From assembly GCA_051294905.1 (NCBI GenBank), contig CM119373.1, positions 1,986,001 through 2,050,000 on the forward strand: DNA of 64,000 nt, given 5' to 3'. The notes under the pieces were generated by a model. The model worked only from the letters and a program-made list of their open reading frames with translations, had not been told where the DNA came from and made no database searches. The DNA comes from Botryllus schlosseri (lineage: Eukaryota). Below, in pieces: positions 27,788 to 40,744 of this stretch (its first letter is position 1; each line of letters opens with the position of its first letter). The position numbers and the translations under genes were made by a program.

Positions 27788-29053
27788 GACCACTCGCAAT
27801 TTGGGTGCGTGTAGTAAGCGGATATGAAATAATATAGATAAGTCCGGAGCTCATCGGAAATGGACATGGATCTCTCAATATTGGTAGTTGGCGTCCAGCT
27901 AGTTCATCGCGACTAAGCTCTGGAATGCTGCCGTAGGCTACATGATTAATCGATATGCAGCCGTGAATAGTAAAAAGGTTGGCGACCCCTTGGAAATGAA
28001 TTCCAGCTAAGCTTTTCATTTAAGAGAGCTCGTTTCTCATGCACTTGAAATTAACATCATTCAAACTTTTTTTTATAATGGTGTCGAAGCATATACACTT
28101 ATACAATCTTCCAGCGATTTCAATACCAATTGACAATATATACCAGTATTTTAATAATCTGTAATATGTATTGTGCTGCATCCGGAATATTTCGCGATCG
28201 GTATTTTTCGTTACATGTCGCTACATCTCTAATCGCAAAACCATGTATTCCAAGGCGCCCATTGTAAAATGCCAACATGTAACAAGGTTTTTGTTATCGC
28301 TGGTAACGAAACGACCGGCGAACGGTCATATTATCAATATCTATTATAGGATAATAACTCATGGTATAAATCTAGCCGACTGAGTGAAGAAAATCGATTT
28401 AGTGTTTGATGCTTGACTCATATGTACTCGGGATCCAATTTCCTAGTTTTTGATCACCCCGCTGGCCACAGCGTCAATATGGGTATGCAATGTATTTTTA
28501 AGTATGTCGTATTTGACGAGGTGAAATTGTTCGATTGAAGGTTAACCGAAATAGCAGACTGAGATTCCACAAATATCGTGACATTGTGATTTACTATTTT
28601 TTAGCAATTTATGCGTTGCACGAATAAAAACCACATTCATAAATATTTGACTAGAACTGTCATTGTACTTGACAGGGAGTACGCATCATTTGTCAAAATT
28701 ATGAGAAATAGGCAACATAGCCGAATCTAGTTTTAAGATATCATATTGATAAGTATAGGCTATTGATTATGTCATTGCCCAAGTCAAAATAAAACAGCGT
28801 TGGATTTAACTTCACTGGTGTTACAGCGGTGGAGCGTAGCACTACGGTATTCACCCTCTTAAATCGGCGATAAAGATATGGATAAAGGGGTCAAAGATGA
28901 AACTGACTACACATTCAGGGTGCAATAGAATGCTCACTGTTGTTATAACAACTTGCGTCGATAGCGAAATACCGTGTCACGAGCTCAATTCCAATCAGTC
29001 GAAGCGGAGTTATTGCCGTCGCAAAATTTTGGATTTGAATAAAATAGTATTTA

Positions 29054-30399
29054 CGATTACCAGAGAACCCGTCCCTTGGGGAACCCGTCCCTACCAACTC
29101 GGCCCTCGGAGAACCCGGCCCTTGGAGAACCCGGCCCTCGGGAAATTTTGCATATCAAGCACGCGTGGTCTACTTGTTGTCGTATTTACGGTGTTTTTCG
29201 ACTACTCTGGACCTCGGAGAATGCGGCCCGCGAATAATTTTGTATTAAAAATGCATTAAATGTGAAGCCGGCCCTCGGGAAATATTGTATTCACCGGCAA
29301 CCCTAATATCCCACCTCCGGCAACCCTAATATCCCACCTCCACCAACCCTAATATCCCACCCCCGGCAACCCTAATATCCTAACCCTAACCCTAATATCC
29401 TCCGCCTACCCTAATATCCCCCTCCCCCAACCCTAATATCCCACCTCCGGCAACCCTAATATCCCACCCCCGGCAACCCTAATATCCCACCCCCGGCAAC
29501 CCTAATATCCCCCTCCCCCAACCTTAATATCCCACCTCCGGCAACCCTAATATCCCACCCCCGGCAACCCTAATATCCTAACCCTAACCCTAATATCCTC
29601 CCCCAACCCTAATATCCCCCTCCCCCAACCCTAATATCCCCCTCCCCCAACCCTAATATCCCACCTCCGGCAACCCTAATATCCCACCTCCACCAACCCT
29701 AATATCCCACCCCCGGCAACCCTAATATCCCACCCCCGGCAACCCTAATATCCCACCCCCGGCAACCCTAATATCCCACCCCCGGCAACCCTAATATCCT
29801 AACCCTAACCCCAATATCCTCCCCCAACCCTAATATCCCCCTCCCCCAACCCTAATATCCCACCTCCGGCAACCCTAATATCCCACCTCCACCAACCCTA
29901 ATATCCCACCCCCGGCAACCCTAATATCCCACCCCCGGCAACCCTAATATCCCACCCCGGCAACCCTAATATCCCATCCCCGGCAACCCTAATATCCCAC
30001 CCCCGGCAACCCTAATATCCCACGCATGCCCTGACCTCCTTACAAGACCGACAAATCAGTTGATAATAACATTATTACTTTATTAATTCATATTAATACT
30101 TGTGAATACACTTAATTTCTAAATTTCCCGAGGAATATTACTTTTCATTCAGTGTGCATGCCTCTTATTTACTTCGCCTAGGCTAAGGTGGGTGTCTGAT
30201 CTTAATGGCTACTCCAAGTTGTTTCGACACCCTCCTATCTTTTCATTGTATCGCAGTCTCGTGATGTTTTGAAACGATGAAAATATTAATAAACCTGACT
30301 GACTGACTTCACCGAGGGCCGGGTTCTCCAAGGGCCGGGTTCTCCGAGGGCCGAGTTGGTAGGGACGGGTTCTCCAAGGGACGGGTTCTCCGGCAACCG
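29054..30399. mobile_element. Non-autonomous foldback-like DNA element with ~87-bp TIRs and an internal minisatellite
   Basis: TIRs built of gagaacccgg/tcccttg subrepeats; 6-bp duplication TATTTA (29048-53 and 30400-05); empty site 'tagtatttacggtg' at ~49971. Confidence 0.85.
29294..30023. repeat. ~22-bp C-rich minisatellite (ggcaaccctaatatcccacccc variants)
   Basis: More than 30 tandem units, including taaccctaaccc stretches. Confidence 0.95.
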
Positions 30400-31922
30400 T
30401 ATTTACGGTGACCGATTCTTTAATCATTTATTACAATTGTGCCCACCGTAAATACTATTTTATGCAAATCCAAATTTGTCGACATCAATCACTACGCTAC
30501 GGCTGGTTTGAATGGAGCCAAATTTGGTGGACATCGTTTCTATCGACAACCTTACAATTTCATGGGTGAACAGAAAATTTTGAATTTTTTTTTATTAATT
30601 CTTATATAATAAATAAAAAAACTTTCTTCTCCTGCAGCAATGCGGCTACTGGTTGGAATTGAACCAAATTTGGTGTGTAGGCTTCAATTCGGTAATCTAA
30701 CAATTTTATCAAGTAGCCAGTAGAATTTGAAAGAAAAAGTCATTTTTGAACACCCCTACTGTACAGTGTACAGACATTTGCTATTCCCATGCGCATAAGA
30801 TGAACTATGATTTGATATAACGGTGAGTATACACCATGGCACAAGAGACCTGAACGTACCTCATACTTATACCGCGGTATAAATTGAGTGCAATATTTTA
30901 ATCCAAATTTTGCATGCACGTAGGATATATGACCTCGATCTCATTATGACTCAGGTTTTGTTTTCATGTACCACTCTTTTCGGCCCCTTAGGTGCAAATA
31001 CACACTATTTTCGCTAAAAGTGCACTCGAATAAAATATGCATGTTACGCATAAAACGCGTAGTATATTATGCCCATTAGAAATCGGTGTCTACTCTACCA
31101 GTTGTAAACCCAAATGTACGAACGGTCAGTGCATTCATCGATTCGATATCTCTAAAATTCCATTGTGAGTCAACAAACCTGACTAAAATACGAGGTCACT
31201 GCAAATTGGTCGATTGTCGCTTCATTGCGAAACATTCCTTATTTTCAATGAAACATTCTTTCTTTGACGATATAATCAGTGTTTTTCCAAATCGTAACGA
31301 CCGTAAAAGCATTTTAGCACTATTACACGCGGCATTTTTCATTTCATCGCCGATATCCACTAATTGCATATTAATATGAAATTCGCTAAAATATTCATTT
31401 ATGCGAATGAGAATCTAGAGTTAGTGATCATTATGCAAAGGTGAATTGCAAAATATGGTCGGAAGTTTCATCGCCCTTATTCTTGAATAGGCAACACAAC
31501 TGTAAGAAGTCCATCCGTCTGAAGTATAATTATGCGATCGTTTTCACAATAAAATATTTTAAATTGATAATAATACAAACATCAAGTCAAGTGTTTAGAT
31601 GTGCAAATCTGAATTTATTAGCTATGAAAATTCTGTAACCGAAAATATATAAAAAGGAACGATATTTATCATGTTCCCAGCTATATTCGGATGAACTCTC
31701 GCAACTTTCGTATCTGATATCTTAAATTGGCTCATTAAACAAACGCTCTGTACGAATTCACATTCATATGACGATAATCAACATATGCGACTCGTCAGTG
31801 CCTCCTGAAAGGATAGCAAAACGTCAAAACAGTAATACACCGTGTCGTGCGATACTGATATCTAATATAATGAAAATGTAAATCACTGTGAAATATTATT
31901 GTAGAAATTGTATCTCTTCCAG

Positions 31923-32090
31923 CTTCAGAAACTGGCCATCCTTGATAGTACGATGCCTGCGGACGCTTATCATGACGTGGCAGCCGTTGTCAAAGCCACC
32001 AAATGTACATGGGTGCATTTCGAACGATGCGATCTGTCAAAGGAGAAATTGGAATGCTTGGGGATGGGCTGCAAAGAAAGCCAGGTCTTG
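31923..32090 (+). CDS. LRR exon type B, intact (56 aa, phase 0-0)
   Basis: Acceptor ctcttccag|CTT, donor TTG|gtaagt, 168 nt. LQKLAILDSTMPADAYHDVAAVVKATKCTWVHFERCDLSKEKLECLGMGCKESQVL aligns without gaps to A1 (17/56 identical). Confidence 0.8.
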
Positions 32091-35000
32091 GTAAGTTCGT
32101 ACGATTTTTACGTCATCTATACTTCAATGAGGGGAAATCTAATTCGAAAACGAACATCTTTCGAAATCGAAAACAAAAAACGATTCACACAACGAGAGAT
32201 AAATCCCATCAATATGAATGCATATGTTTGGCTGGCATTTTGATTTGATCGATATGTGTTTAAAGCCACGGAATAGTGTGTTCTGTTCAACATTGGGTGG
32301 AATGGTATTGACGTCACGGCAAATATCAGACTCCTATTTACGCTATCAAACATATGACTGCAATTTCGTAAATACATGGTGTTTGTTGATATTTTTGTTT
32401 ATTGAAAGAGGAATTTGGCGCTTATCACTTGGTCTTTTGCACCACGATCAATAATGACGCAAGAAATGAAAAGCAGTCAATGATGGCCTACGTAATGGAT
32501 AGGAGACATAATATTGAAAATAGCATTTCAGCAAGAAGTAAAAATGTCATAGCCAGAAAAAGGAAATTTCGGTGCGATGGGATAATAAAACAGTATTTCG
32601 CAAATGACGGTTGCAGAATCTGAATCTGGAGGGAAGCGGGCGCAAGATGGTGCAATTCGAAATACAAACAGAAAGATAGAATATAAAACAGTCCAACAGA
32701 GCTTTCACTTCATCCAATTAGTCAAACGAATGCAGATTATATAAAAACTACCATAAAATGATATGCAATTAATATCTCAGCCATGATGTTGTTTGTATTC
32801 CTCACGGATCACATACAATAAGGATAAGTTATCAATTATTATTTGTTTTCCTCCTAATTGTCAAAGTCGTGGATAAAATTTGTTTTTGTTTCTTCCGACA
32901 CTTAAAAGACAATGCACATTTGAGTCGGTGAAAAACTACCTCTTGCAAGATTTATGAAGCCGCTTAAATTAAACTTCAGGACTCAGACCGTTTACAACAG
33001 CATCAAGAATAGATTCCGCATTCAGGAAAGACTTGCTATATTCGGTAATTTTATTGTGGGATTCTGAGAAATAATTTGCCTCCATTACCTTCTTCTGTAA
33101 AGGGGAATTGACTTTTTGGTACAAGTCCTTTACTATTGCCTAAAGCATTTGTTTCAATTTTGTTCTGTGTAGCAGCTACTAGATTTATAAATTCAACCTG
33201 TCATTGGTAGGTTTGTTTTCCAAGCGATGTGTCATATTGCATTCATTTAATGTATAACCATGCATATTGTATTATCTGCGACCCACGATCAGAATTATTT
33301 TTCTGCCCAATACTTATTGATTTTAAAACCTCAATCCTCATGATTCAGCTGGTTGAATTGATATCTCATAAGAGCGTACAGTTAAACCAATGAAACATGT
33401 CGTGAACAAATTTGCCCAGCACTGAAGTATTGATATGGTGTGATACGATAAAATTATTCGTAATTCGAACTGCAGTAGTATGGAATTACAACACATCCCA
33501 CCGCACAAGTAAATTATCGTAAGTCAGCTTTCCGCTGATGGGATCAAACTACGAATGAATATTTTTGATCCCTTGTACCATTTTTTTTTGCAATAACACC
33601 ACCAAGATATCGAAATAGGATTATAATATTCACCTGTATGCAGTGGCCCAGCCAAGGGCAAAAGAACTCGCGTCTCCTTCAGATTGTTTACTTGTTTCCG
33701 GTGACGCCATTTGTTCACACTGTCATAATATATATTCGTAAGGTCACATCGCTATTTAGTTTCTTTCAGAATGAAAATGAAAATTTTCATCTTGACTTCT
33801 CCTATGAATTGATGGTATTCAGAAAATATCATAAATCTCGTCAAAAAATTATGCAGATTGTACATTTTAAGATATATATGCTACATCGTCATTTTAGGAC
33901 CGAAGCGCTGGGGTAAATCTTGACTAGTTTCTAAAATTTTATGCCGCGGCTACGATTTATTAAAACAGGTAAATCAAATATATAAAATTTCCTTTATTGT
34001 TTTGACAATTGATATGGGTACACCTACGTCCATCGCGATAATAGAACATGGTACAGAAGTCATGGTCAAGTTTCAAAACAAATATAGCCTTTAGCGGGGC
34101 TATATCGTTATACCTATGTTATATATATGTTTATATATATGTGTGCGTAAAGTTTTGGATGTATCCTTCCAATTCATATTCCATAATACACGCAATCAAA
34201 CTTTAACTATCATTTAGGCCTACACCTTATTTCAGGGGCGGGCAACATACGGCCCGCGAAGGGATTTTGTCCGGCCCGCCGAGAGTTTTTATTCTGAAAG
34301 TGAAATTTTATTGTGAATGTATTGACAACTTTTCTGCGTCACAGAATGAATCGGAGTTTGCGATCCTGAAAAAGATGGACATTAAACTATACTTGCTCGG
34401 TTCGGGTCTACTTACATCTTCTACCATCGAACCAGTGTTGGGATGACTCGAGTCACCTTTTTCGTATGACTTGACTTGACTCGAGTCACCTTGGAAAATG
34501 ACTTGACTTGACTTGACGCTTCAGAAATGTAGATTGATTCATGACTCGAAGCAAAATTTACGAGTCAAGTTAGAGTCATCAAGTAATTTTATGTTGACTA
34601 AGTCTCTGTAACTTGTACAAGTTCGCCAAACCATCATTGTTATATCACAAATATATTGATTGCAAACGCAGTGATCGGAGCTTATACAACAGCTTACATT
34701 GTCGTAAACTTGCTTACCTCAACCAGCCCTCTTGTATATAATTTAAATCAAACGAATATCGTTCATACGTTTATAATTGTATATCGTTGATAAGTAGGTG
34801 GGTAGGGTATTGAACTATATCAATTTTAAACATTCTGAGGTTTCGTATGTTGTCCTCTATTTTGGCTGATATTTAAAGACTGGCTACATCGCCATACTTG
34901 CGTAGTTGAGCAGTTCTGCGTATGCGTGAGCGATACAGCGCCTCTTCATTCCATTACTCCTCGCCACTTAATCCGCGTAAGCCGTGACTTGCGCAAAGTC

Positions 35001-35224
35001 TAGAAGTGGGCCGTGCTATAAGTCGGCAGTTGACGAATAAATATGAATAATATTGGCCTGGTGTGAATGGCCGTAGTAGTTGACAAACACCATGAATATC
35101 TCAAAACAAACAAACAAACTATTTATTCGTTCGTCGATTCCGAATAAATGGGTACTTCGTCTGTATTTAAAACAGTTACCAAAATGTAATGACTTTGAAT
35201 CATGTCCAGTACGTTGAAATTTCA

Positions 35225-35477
35225 ACTTGACTTGACTAGTGACTTGACTCGTGACTTGAGTCGTGACTTGACTTGACTTGACTTGACTTGACTTGACTTG
35301 ACTTGACTTGACTTGACTTGACTTGACTTGACTTGACTTGACTTGACTTGACTTGACTTGACTTGACTTGACTTGACTTGACTTGACTTGACCTGACCTG
35401 ACCTGACCTGACCTGACCTGACCTGACCTGACCTGACTTGACTTGACTTGACTTGACTTGACTTGACTTGACTTGAC
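35225..35477. repeat. (GACTT/GACCT)n microsatellite
   Basis: ~250 bp with an internal GACCT block. Confidence 0.95.
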
Positions 35478-36209
35478 CCGAGTCACCTTTGAAAATCAAG
35501 TGACTTGACTTGACTCGAGTCAAAATGAATTGGCAACAAAACGTTTCCATGAATCTCGACGAAGTCACAAAATCAATGTAAATACAGGCCAATGGCACAC
35601 AAAGGCAGACAAACGTTTACAGGGGATCCAAATATAAATAAGCAGTGGGACAGTATTGAATGCTTACACATCGGAATTGTATACTATATTGTTCCACATA
35701 ATTCCATCGTTAATAATACAACGGTATGAAGTGTATGCTCGAGCAGTATAGCTAACCCGTCGCTTCCACAATTGCATGTCTTAAATTGATATTTATCCAA
35801 ACTTCAAGTCAAAAATATGGATGTGCGAACCTGAATCTAGTAGCTATGAAATTCTAAATCCGATATTGATCGAATGAACCCTGCAAGATTGATATCTGAA
35901 ATCGGTTCATCAAACAAACGGTATGTGCGAATTCACAATCGTAATATCGAGAATCAACATCTGTGACTTTTCAGTGTCTTCTGATGGGAGTGCAATTCTT
36001 CAAAAAATATCACAAACCATAACGTATTCTTTATTGCAGTCTTACCATAGCGGTACCCTATATAAAAAGATTGATGTGGCAATTATACAATTCATTTTTT
36101 ATGTCGAAACAATAATACACCGTGTCGACCGGCACTGATATCTTAATGTCTAATATAATGAAAATCGAAACCACTAAGAATAATATTGGTAAAATTTCGT
36201 CTCCACCAG

Positions 36210-36299
36210 CTTCAGAAACTGCCCATCTTCGACAGTACACTACTCCCGGGTTCTTATTATGACGTGGCGGAAATTGCAAAAGCCACCAAATGCGCCGAA
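36210..36299 (+). pseudogene. Truncated type-B LRR exon, copy of 1880
   Basis: Same sequence as 1880-1969. Confidence 0.65.
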
Positions 36300-37030
36300 G
36301 TGTGTGTACTTAACCCAATTCCAACGTCCACGTTTACGGTTTAATCTCTTGTATTCTTACCAACGCACACTCGGGGTCAACATCCAGTTACGACTAAAAA
36401 GAGTGGTGGGATAGCGTAGTGGTGTAATCCACTGCTGCAACACCTATGGGTTACTGGTGCGAGTGCGACCAATTTCGACTCTAGAATTCCTAATTAAGTG
36501 TTGGAGGTTTAGCTAGGCTCCTCCTCGCCATCTCATACGCGTAAAGCGTCGATCACACACAATGCGACCAGAACAACAGCGATCGATGCGACGGAGCATT
36601 TCTTTGTATCTTTATCTTAATGATCGCGAGCGCCATTCCGTCCGAATGACGATGCGACGAGAAGGCGATGGTACCTATTTTGTTGCTGTGGTTGTCGTGC
36701 TGACATATCGTGCGAGGGCAGTGAGCGATGCATATGGCGATTGTGGTACTAGACGAGAAAGACAGAAGGCTTTTGGTGATGTTGCATAGTTGGTGTAATA
36801 TAGTTGGTGTATAGTTGGTGTAATATAGTTGGTGTAATATAACTAGTCTTGATTTGCACAAACTACCCATTTTGAAAATTAAGTAGCCTAGTTCTATAGT
36901 TGCGCATTTTTCAAATCCAGTAGTTAGTACAGATCTGTGTGCTTTGGGCAGAGTTGCGGGTACCTCTGTATCTTCATATCACATCAATGACTCTGTATTT
37001 ATACCTTGCAGTGTATTTATACCTTGCAGT

Positions 37031-38206
37031 ATGATATTAACTCCTGATCAGAAGCAAGCCTTGGCAATTTTGTGCATTCGAAGAAGAATGAAAAAAAAGA
37101 TGCAGGCCAGATCGATCTGGGTGCATCCTATTTTACAACGGCGGGAACAGCTAGGAGAATATCATAGGTTGGTCAAGGAATATGAATTAGAAAGAGAAGC
37201 GCATTATTTCGACTACTTTCGGATGAAACCGCAGCAGTTTCATTATCTAATCCAACTGATTGGAGAAGATATCGCCAAACTCGATACCAACTGGAGGAAA
37301 GCTGTTTCTGTAGAGGAAAGATTGGCTGTCACTTTGAGATTTCTCGCGCATGGGGACTCATTCAGAACAATCGCTGGATCCTATCGACTCGGCCGCTCAA
37401 CTGTATGTAACATTGTTCATGAGACTTGTACGGCGTTATGGAATAACATGCGATGGACATATATGAAAACTCCATCCTCTGCTTCTGAGTGGGTTGAAAT
37501 AGCAGAAAAGTTTGAAGAACTGTGGCAGTTCCCAAATTGTGTCGGAGCAATCGATGGGAAACATGTTCAGATGAAATGTCCCGCAAATAGTGGTTCATTG
37601 TTTTACAACTACAAAGGAACTTACAGTGTGGTTTTGATGGCGGTTGTTGACGCAGAGTACAGGATTCGTTTCGCTCAAGTTGGAAGCTATGGACGCGAAT
37701 CGGATGGAGGAATTTTCCGCGATTCACCATTTGGCCGTGCACTAGCTGCAAATGAACTGCAGCTACCTGCAGATCGGGAAGTTGAGCCAGGAAAGCCTCC
37801 GTTACCATATGTATTTGTTGGCGATGAAGCCTTCCCCCTATCATATCACCTGATGAGACCATATCCTGGAAAATACCTAGCCCAACCGAGATACGTTTAT
37901 AATAAACGACTATCTCGGGCACGGCGTGTCGTGGAGAATGCGTTTGGCATCCTCGTCCAACGTTTCCGGATTCTACTAAAGCCTGTCCCCCTAAAGGTCG
38001 AAAATGTGGATAACATGGTCAAGGCAATTTGTTGTCTCCACAATTTTCTGCTCAAACATTCGCCCAACTATACCGAATGTTCTACGGATGATGTCATTCC
38101 TGAGGATCGTTCGTTGGATCATTATACTGGAAATTCCACTACTATTGCAAAAAACGTTCGAAATGCCTACACCGACTATTTCAATAGTCATCCAATCATT
38201 CGCTGA
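37031..38206 (+). CDS. Harbinger (HARBI1-like, DDE_Tnp_4) transposase, 391 aa from the first ATG
   Basis: Uninterrupted ORF with YFRM, EERLAVTLRFLAHG, FPNCVGAIDGKH, GRESDGG, VGDEAFPL and RLSRARRVVENAFG motifs (D-D-E triad present). Confidence 0.95.
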   Translation: MILTPDQKQALAILCIRRRMKKKMQARSIWVHPILQRREQLGEYHRLVKEYELEREAHYFDYFRMKPQQFHYLIQLIGEDIAKLDTNWRKAVSVEERLAVTLRFLAHGDSFRTIAGSYRLGRSTVCNIVHETCTALWNNMRWTYMKTPSSASEWVEIAEKFEELWQFPNCVGAIDGKHVQMKCPANSGSLFYNYKGTYSVVLMAVVDAEYRIRFAQVGSYGRESDGGIFRDSPFGRALAANELQLPADREVEPGKPPLPYVFVGDEAFPLSYHLMRPYPGKYLAQPRYVYNKRLSRARRVVENAFGILVQRFRILLKPVPLKVENVDNMVKAICCLHNFLLKHSPNYTECSTDDVIPEDRSLDHYTGNSTTIAKNVRNAYTDYFNSHPIIR

Positions 38207-38266
38207 AACTTAATTCACGGAGTACATGTATTGGTTTGTTGTTCAATGAAAACATTACAGCTGAAT

Positions 38267-39414
38267 TCACTGAGTACATGTATTGATTTGTTGTTCAGTG
38301 AGAACATTACGTTTCGCATTCGTAATACACAGCGTAATTTTTTCTATCACTTCAGATCTCTTAGGTTCTTCGATGGTCTTCAGTGATCCTGTGATAAATC
38401 TGGCAAAGTAGTCGAGTTCATCATCATCTTTTTTCAAGTGTTTGATAACAAGCGAATCAAAGTCGTCTAGCACCTCGGTACGCTTTCTCGAGGGAGTCAT
38501 GCTTGTGTTCTGTTTTGAAGATAGGCTTGATTTTTTTGAAGAGACTGATAGGGATAAGCTTGAGTTTTTTGAAGAGACTGATGGCAAGGGAGAGCTAGAG
38601 TTTTCATGTGTAGGAGATGACAACACGTCCCCGATAGATTCCAGATCCATAGAATTTGATTGAGCCTCGATAGCTTCAGCTTCAGCTTCAGGATCTAAAT
38701 CTGCAGAAACGGATTCCTCCTGAAGTAAGACCGTGATCATCGGATCCATGTTACTGGATGTCCTGCAAAAAGAAGTGAATTTGTAATGTGTGCGAGAAAA
38801 TCGGTAGTCAATGATTTCATAGACTCGTAATATTATTCATCATACGGCCTAATCATCCCCTTGATAACATTTTCATCAAATATAAATACACTGATTGTGA
38901 TATAATGAACATATAGGCATAGGTTATTTGATGAAAGATAAATTAAATAAATCCAACGGTGAAGATGGAAGTTTCGTGTTTAGTGAAAATGAGATGAAAC
39001 AAGGACAATTCGAAGGAAGGAAGATGGTATGGTATGCGAACCAAACTTACGTTCTTGACTGCACATACGGTTCGATGAAAGCCATCTGCTTCTGAAGGGG
39101 CCACTCACTGATAAAGCTTGCCCCTGCTCCACTTTTCTTCAGTCTCTTCCCATCACGACGATTCCTCATGTACTTCTGCCTTAAAGAATCCCATTTAGCT
39201 TTAGCTTCTTCTGCTGTACGACAATTAATTAAAAGATATGATAGACATAACAGTAAACAATATTTCATTTCTCACCTGGTATGTTCAAGGCCTTGCCAAT
39301 GCTTGTCCAGCTCTGTTCACGAAGAGAAGACTTCCTATAGGACTTTGTTGATTGGTCATATAAATGCACATGCTGCCTGACCAACGAAATCAGCGTCTCT
39401 TCGAAATCGTACAT
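38267..39414 (-). CDS. Harbinger accessory Myb/SANT-like (MADF) DNA-binding protein, 3 exons: 39414-39276, 39213-39051, 38762-38267
   Basis: GT-AG introns join in frame: MYDFEETLISLVRQHVHLYDQSTKSYRKSSLREQSWTSIGKALNIP-AEEAKAKWDSLRQKYMR...WPLQKQMAFIEPYVQSR-TTSSNMDP..., ending in a BESS-like DDELDYFARFITGSL segment. Confidence 0.88.
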
Positions 39415-40744
39415 TATTCCGGTTCTGTAAACTATTCCTGTGCGTAGTCAGCCGAAAGCTTCGCTGGAAACAAACTTTCGCGCGGTTACTGGACTCGCGC
39501 AGCCTGTTCACTGTTTTGTTCAGTGTGGCCACCCTGTTGCTGTGGTTGGAGTGAGAACGAAACCGCGCGTTGGAATGTTCGATTGTGTGTGATCGCGGCT
39601 TAACAGACTTGGACAACTAGATAATTCTAGTTGTCTAATTTCACTAAATTAGAGCGAAATAGCAGTAATCGAATTCTAATCTAATTTATAAAATTTTTCT
39701 ATGCTCCAATTCTAATTCTAATTCTGATTCTAATCTAAATTGAGAAACGTTCTTATACTCTAATTTTAATTCCAATCTAATTCATTGTTTTCCTAAAAAT
39801 GCCTATTTGACTGCGGCATGTTGCCGCGAGTCCCTCTCGTACAGGGAAGTCCAGAGCCAAGACGCCATCGCATTACTTGCACCGTACAGAAATAGTAGTT
39901 ATTGTGCGACGAATAAGAGCCATACTGGCATAGTAGCTTGATTGTTGGTTTTCTTGAACAATTGCGAGGCTTATTGAATAAGCATGTTATATGCGCCATG
40001 ATAAGAAATGTTGCAATGTTCATTGATCTTTGCCTTATGAACTCTTTTCGGACTACTTCCAGTCACACACCCATTCATCATTGATATCCATCTCGTTTGC
40101 ATACGACCTCGTCAGTGTCTTTTACCGACGATTTTCGAAACTCGACTTTAATTGATCAATCTGGGCTTTTCTTACGGCACTGCATACGCAGTGACGTCAG
40201 CTACTAACGATTCGATATTCGGGCAAGCCAGACATGTTGCTAGATGAAAGACTATCTCATCCTAAAGATTGGCTGTGGGGACACCCTAGCCCGTTTTCCA
40301 AGCGTTTCGGCGTCGCGTGCATTCTACGTCATGGCAATATGCCTATTCATACCAGCTGACTCTCCGTCGATGGAATGCTGATGCCTCCGTTGAAGCTATT
40401 TTTGCTATAGCGAGGAATAGTGTTGTTCAGGACAGACGAATAAGTTTTTTAAAACTACAACAATAATAATTTGAAACTGAAATCATTTTCGCATTTCAAA
40501 ATGCTTTATTCGCGTTCTTCCAAATTCACAGATCAGATCGCCGGCCGCAAAATACAACCTCGCGGGCCGCCTGTTGATGACCCCTGGTATTGTGCAAAAC
40601 GAGCAAAGCTTGATATACGGACGTTAACCAATCTCTTTGTTATGAGACTCCATTGTGATTTGATATGAACTGAACTTTTTGCTGCATTTATTTCTCATTC
40701 AAATTTTCATTCGATTTCCAAGTTTTTCCGAATTCAAATTCTGA

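Larger units (their letters stand above)
36545..39600 (+). mobile_element. PIF/Harbinger DNA transposon, apparently full length (3056 bp)
   Basis: TAA target duplication (36542-44 and 39601-03). 19-bp TIRs AGCGTCGATCACACACAAT / AGCCGCGATCACACACAAT. Empty sites 'cgcgtaacagact' at ~2208 and ~53368. Convergent transposase and MADF genes. Confidence 0.95.

Noticed and set aside
29294..30023. Telomere or interstitial telomeric array
   Set aside because: The unit is ~22 bp with only embedded CCCTAA, and it lies inside a TIR element.
37362..37922. 186-aa antisense ORF in the transposase
   Set aside because: Shadow ORF with no recognisable motif.
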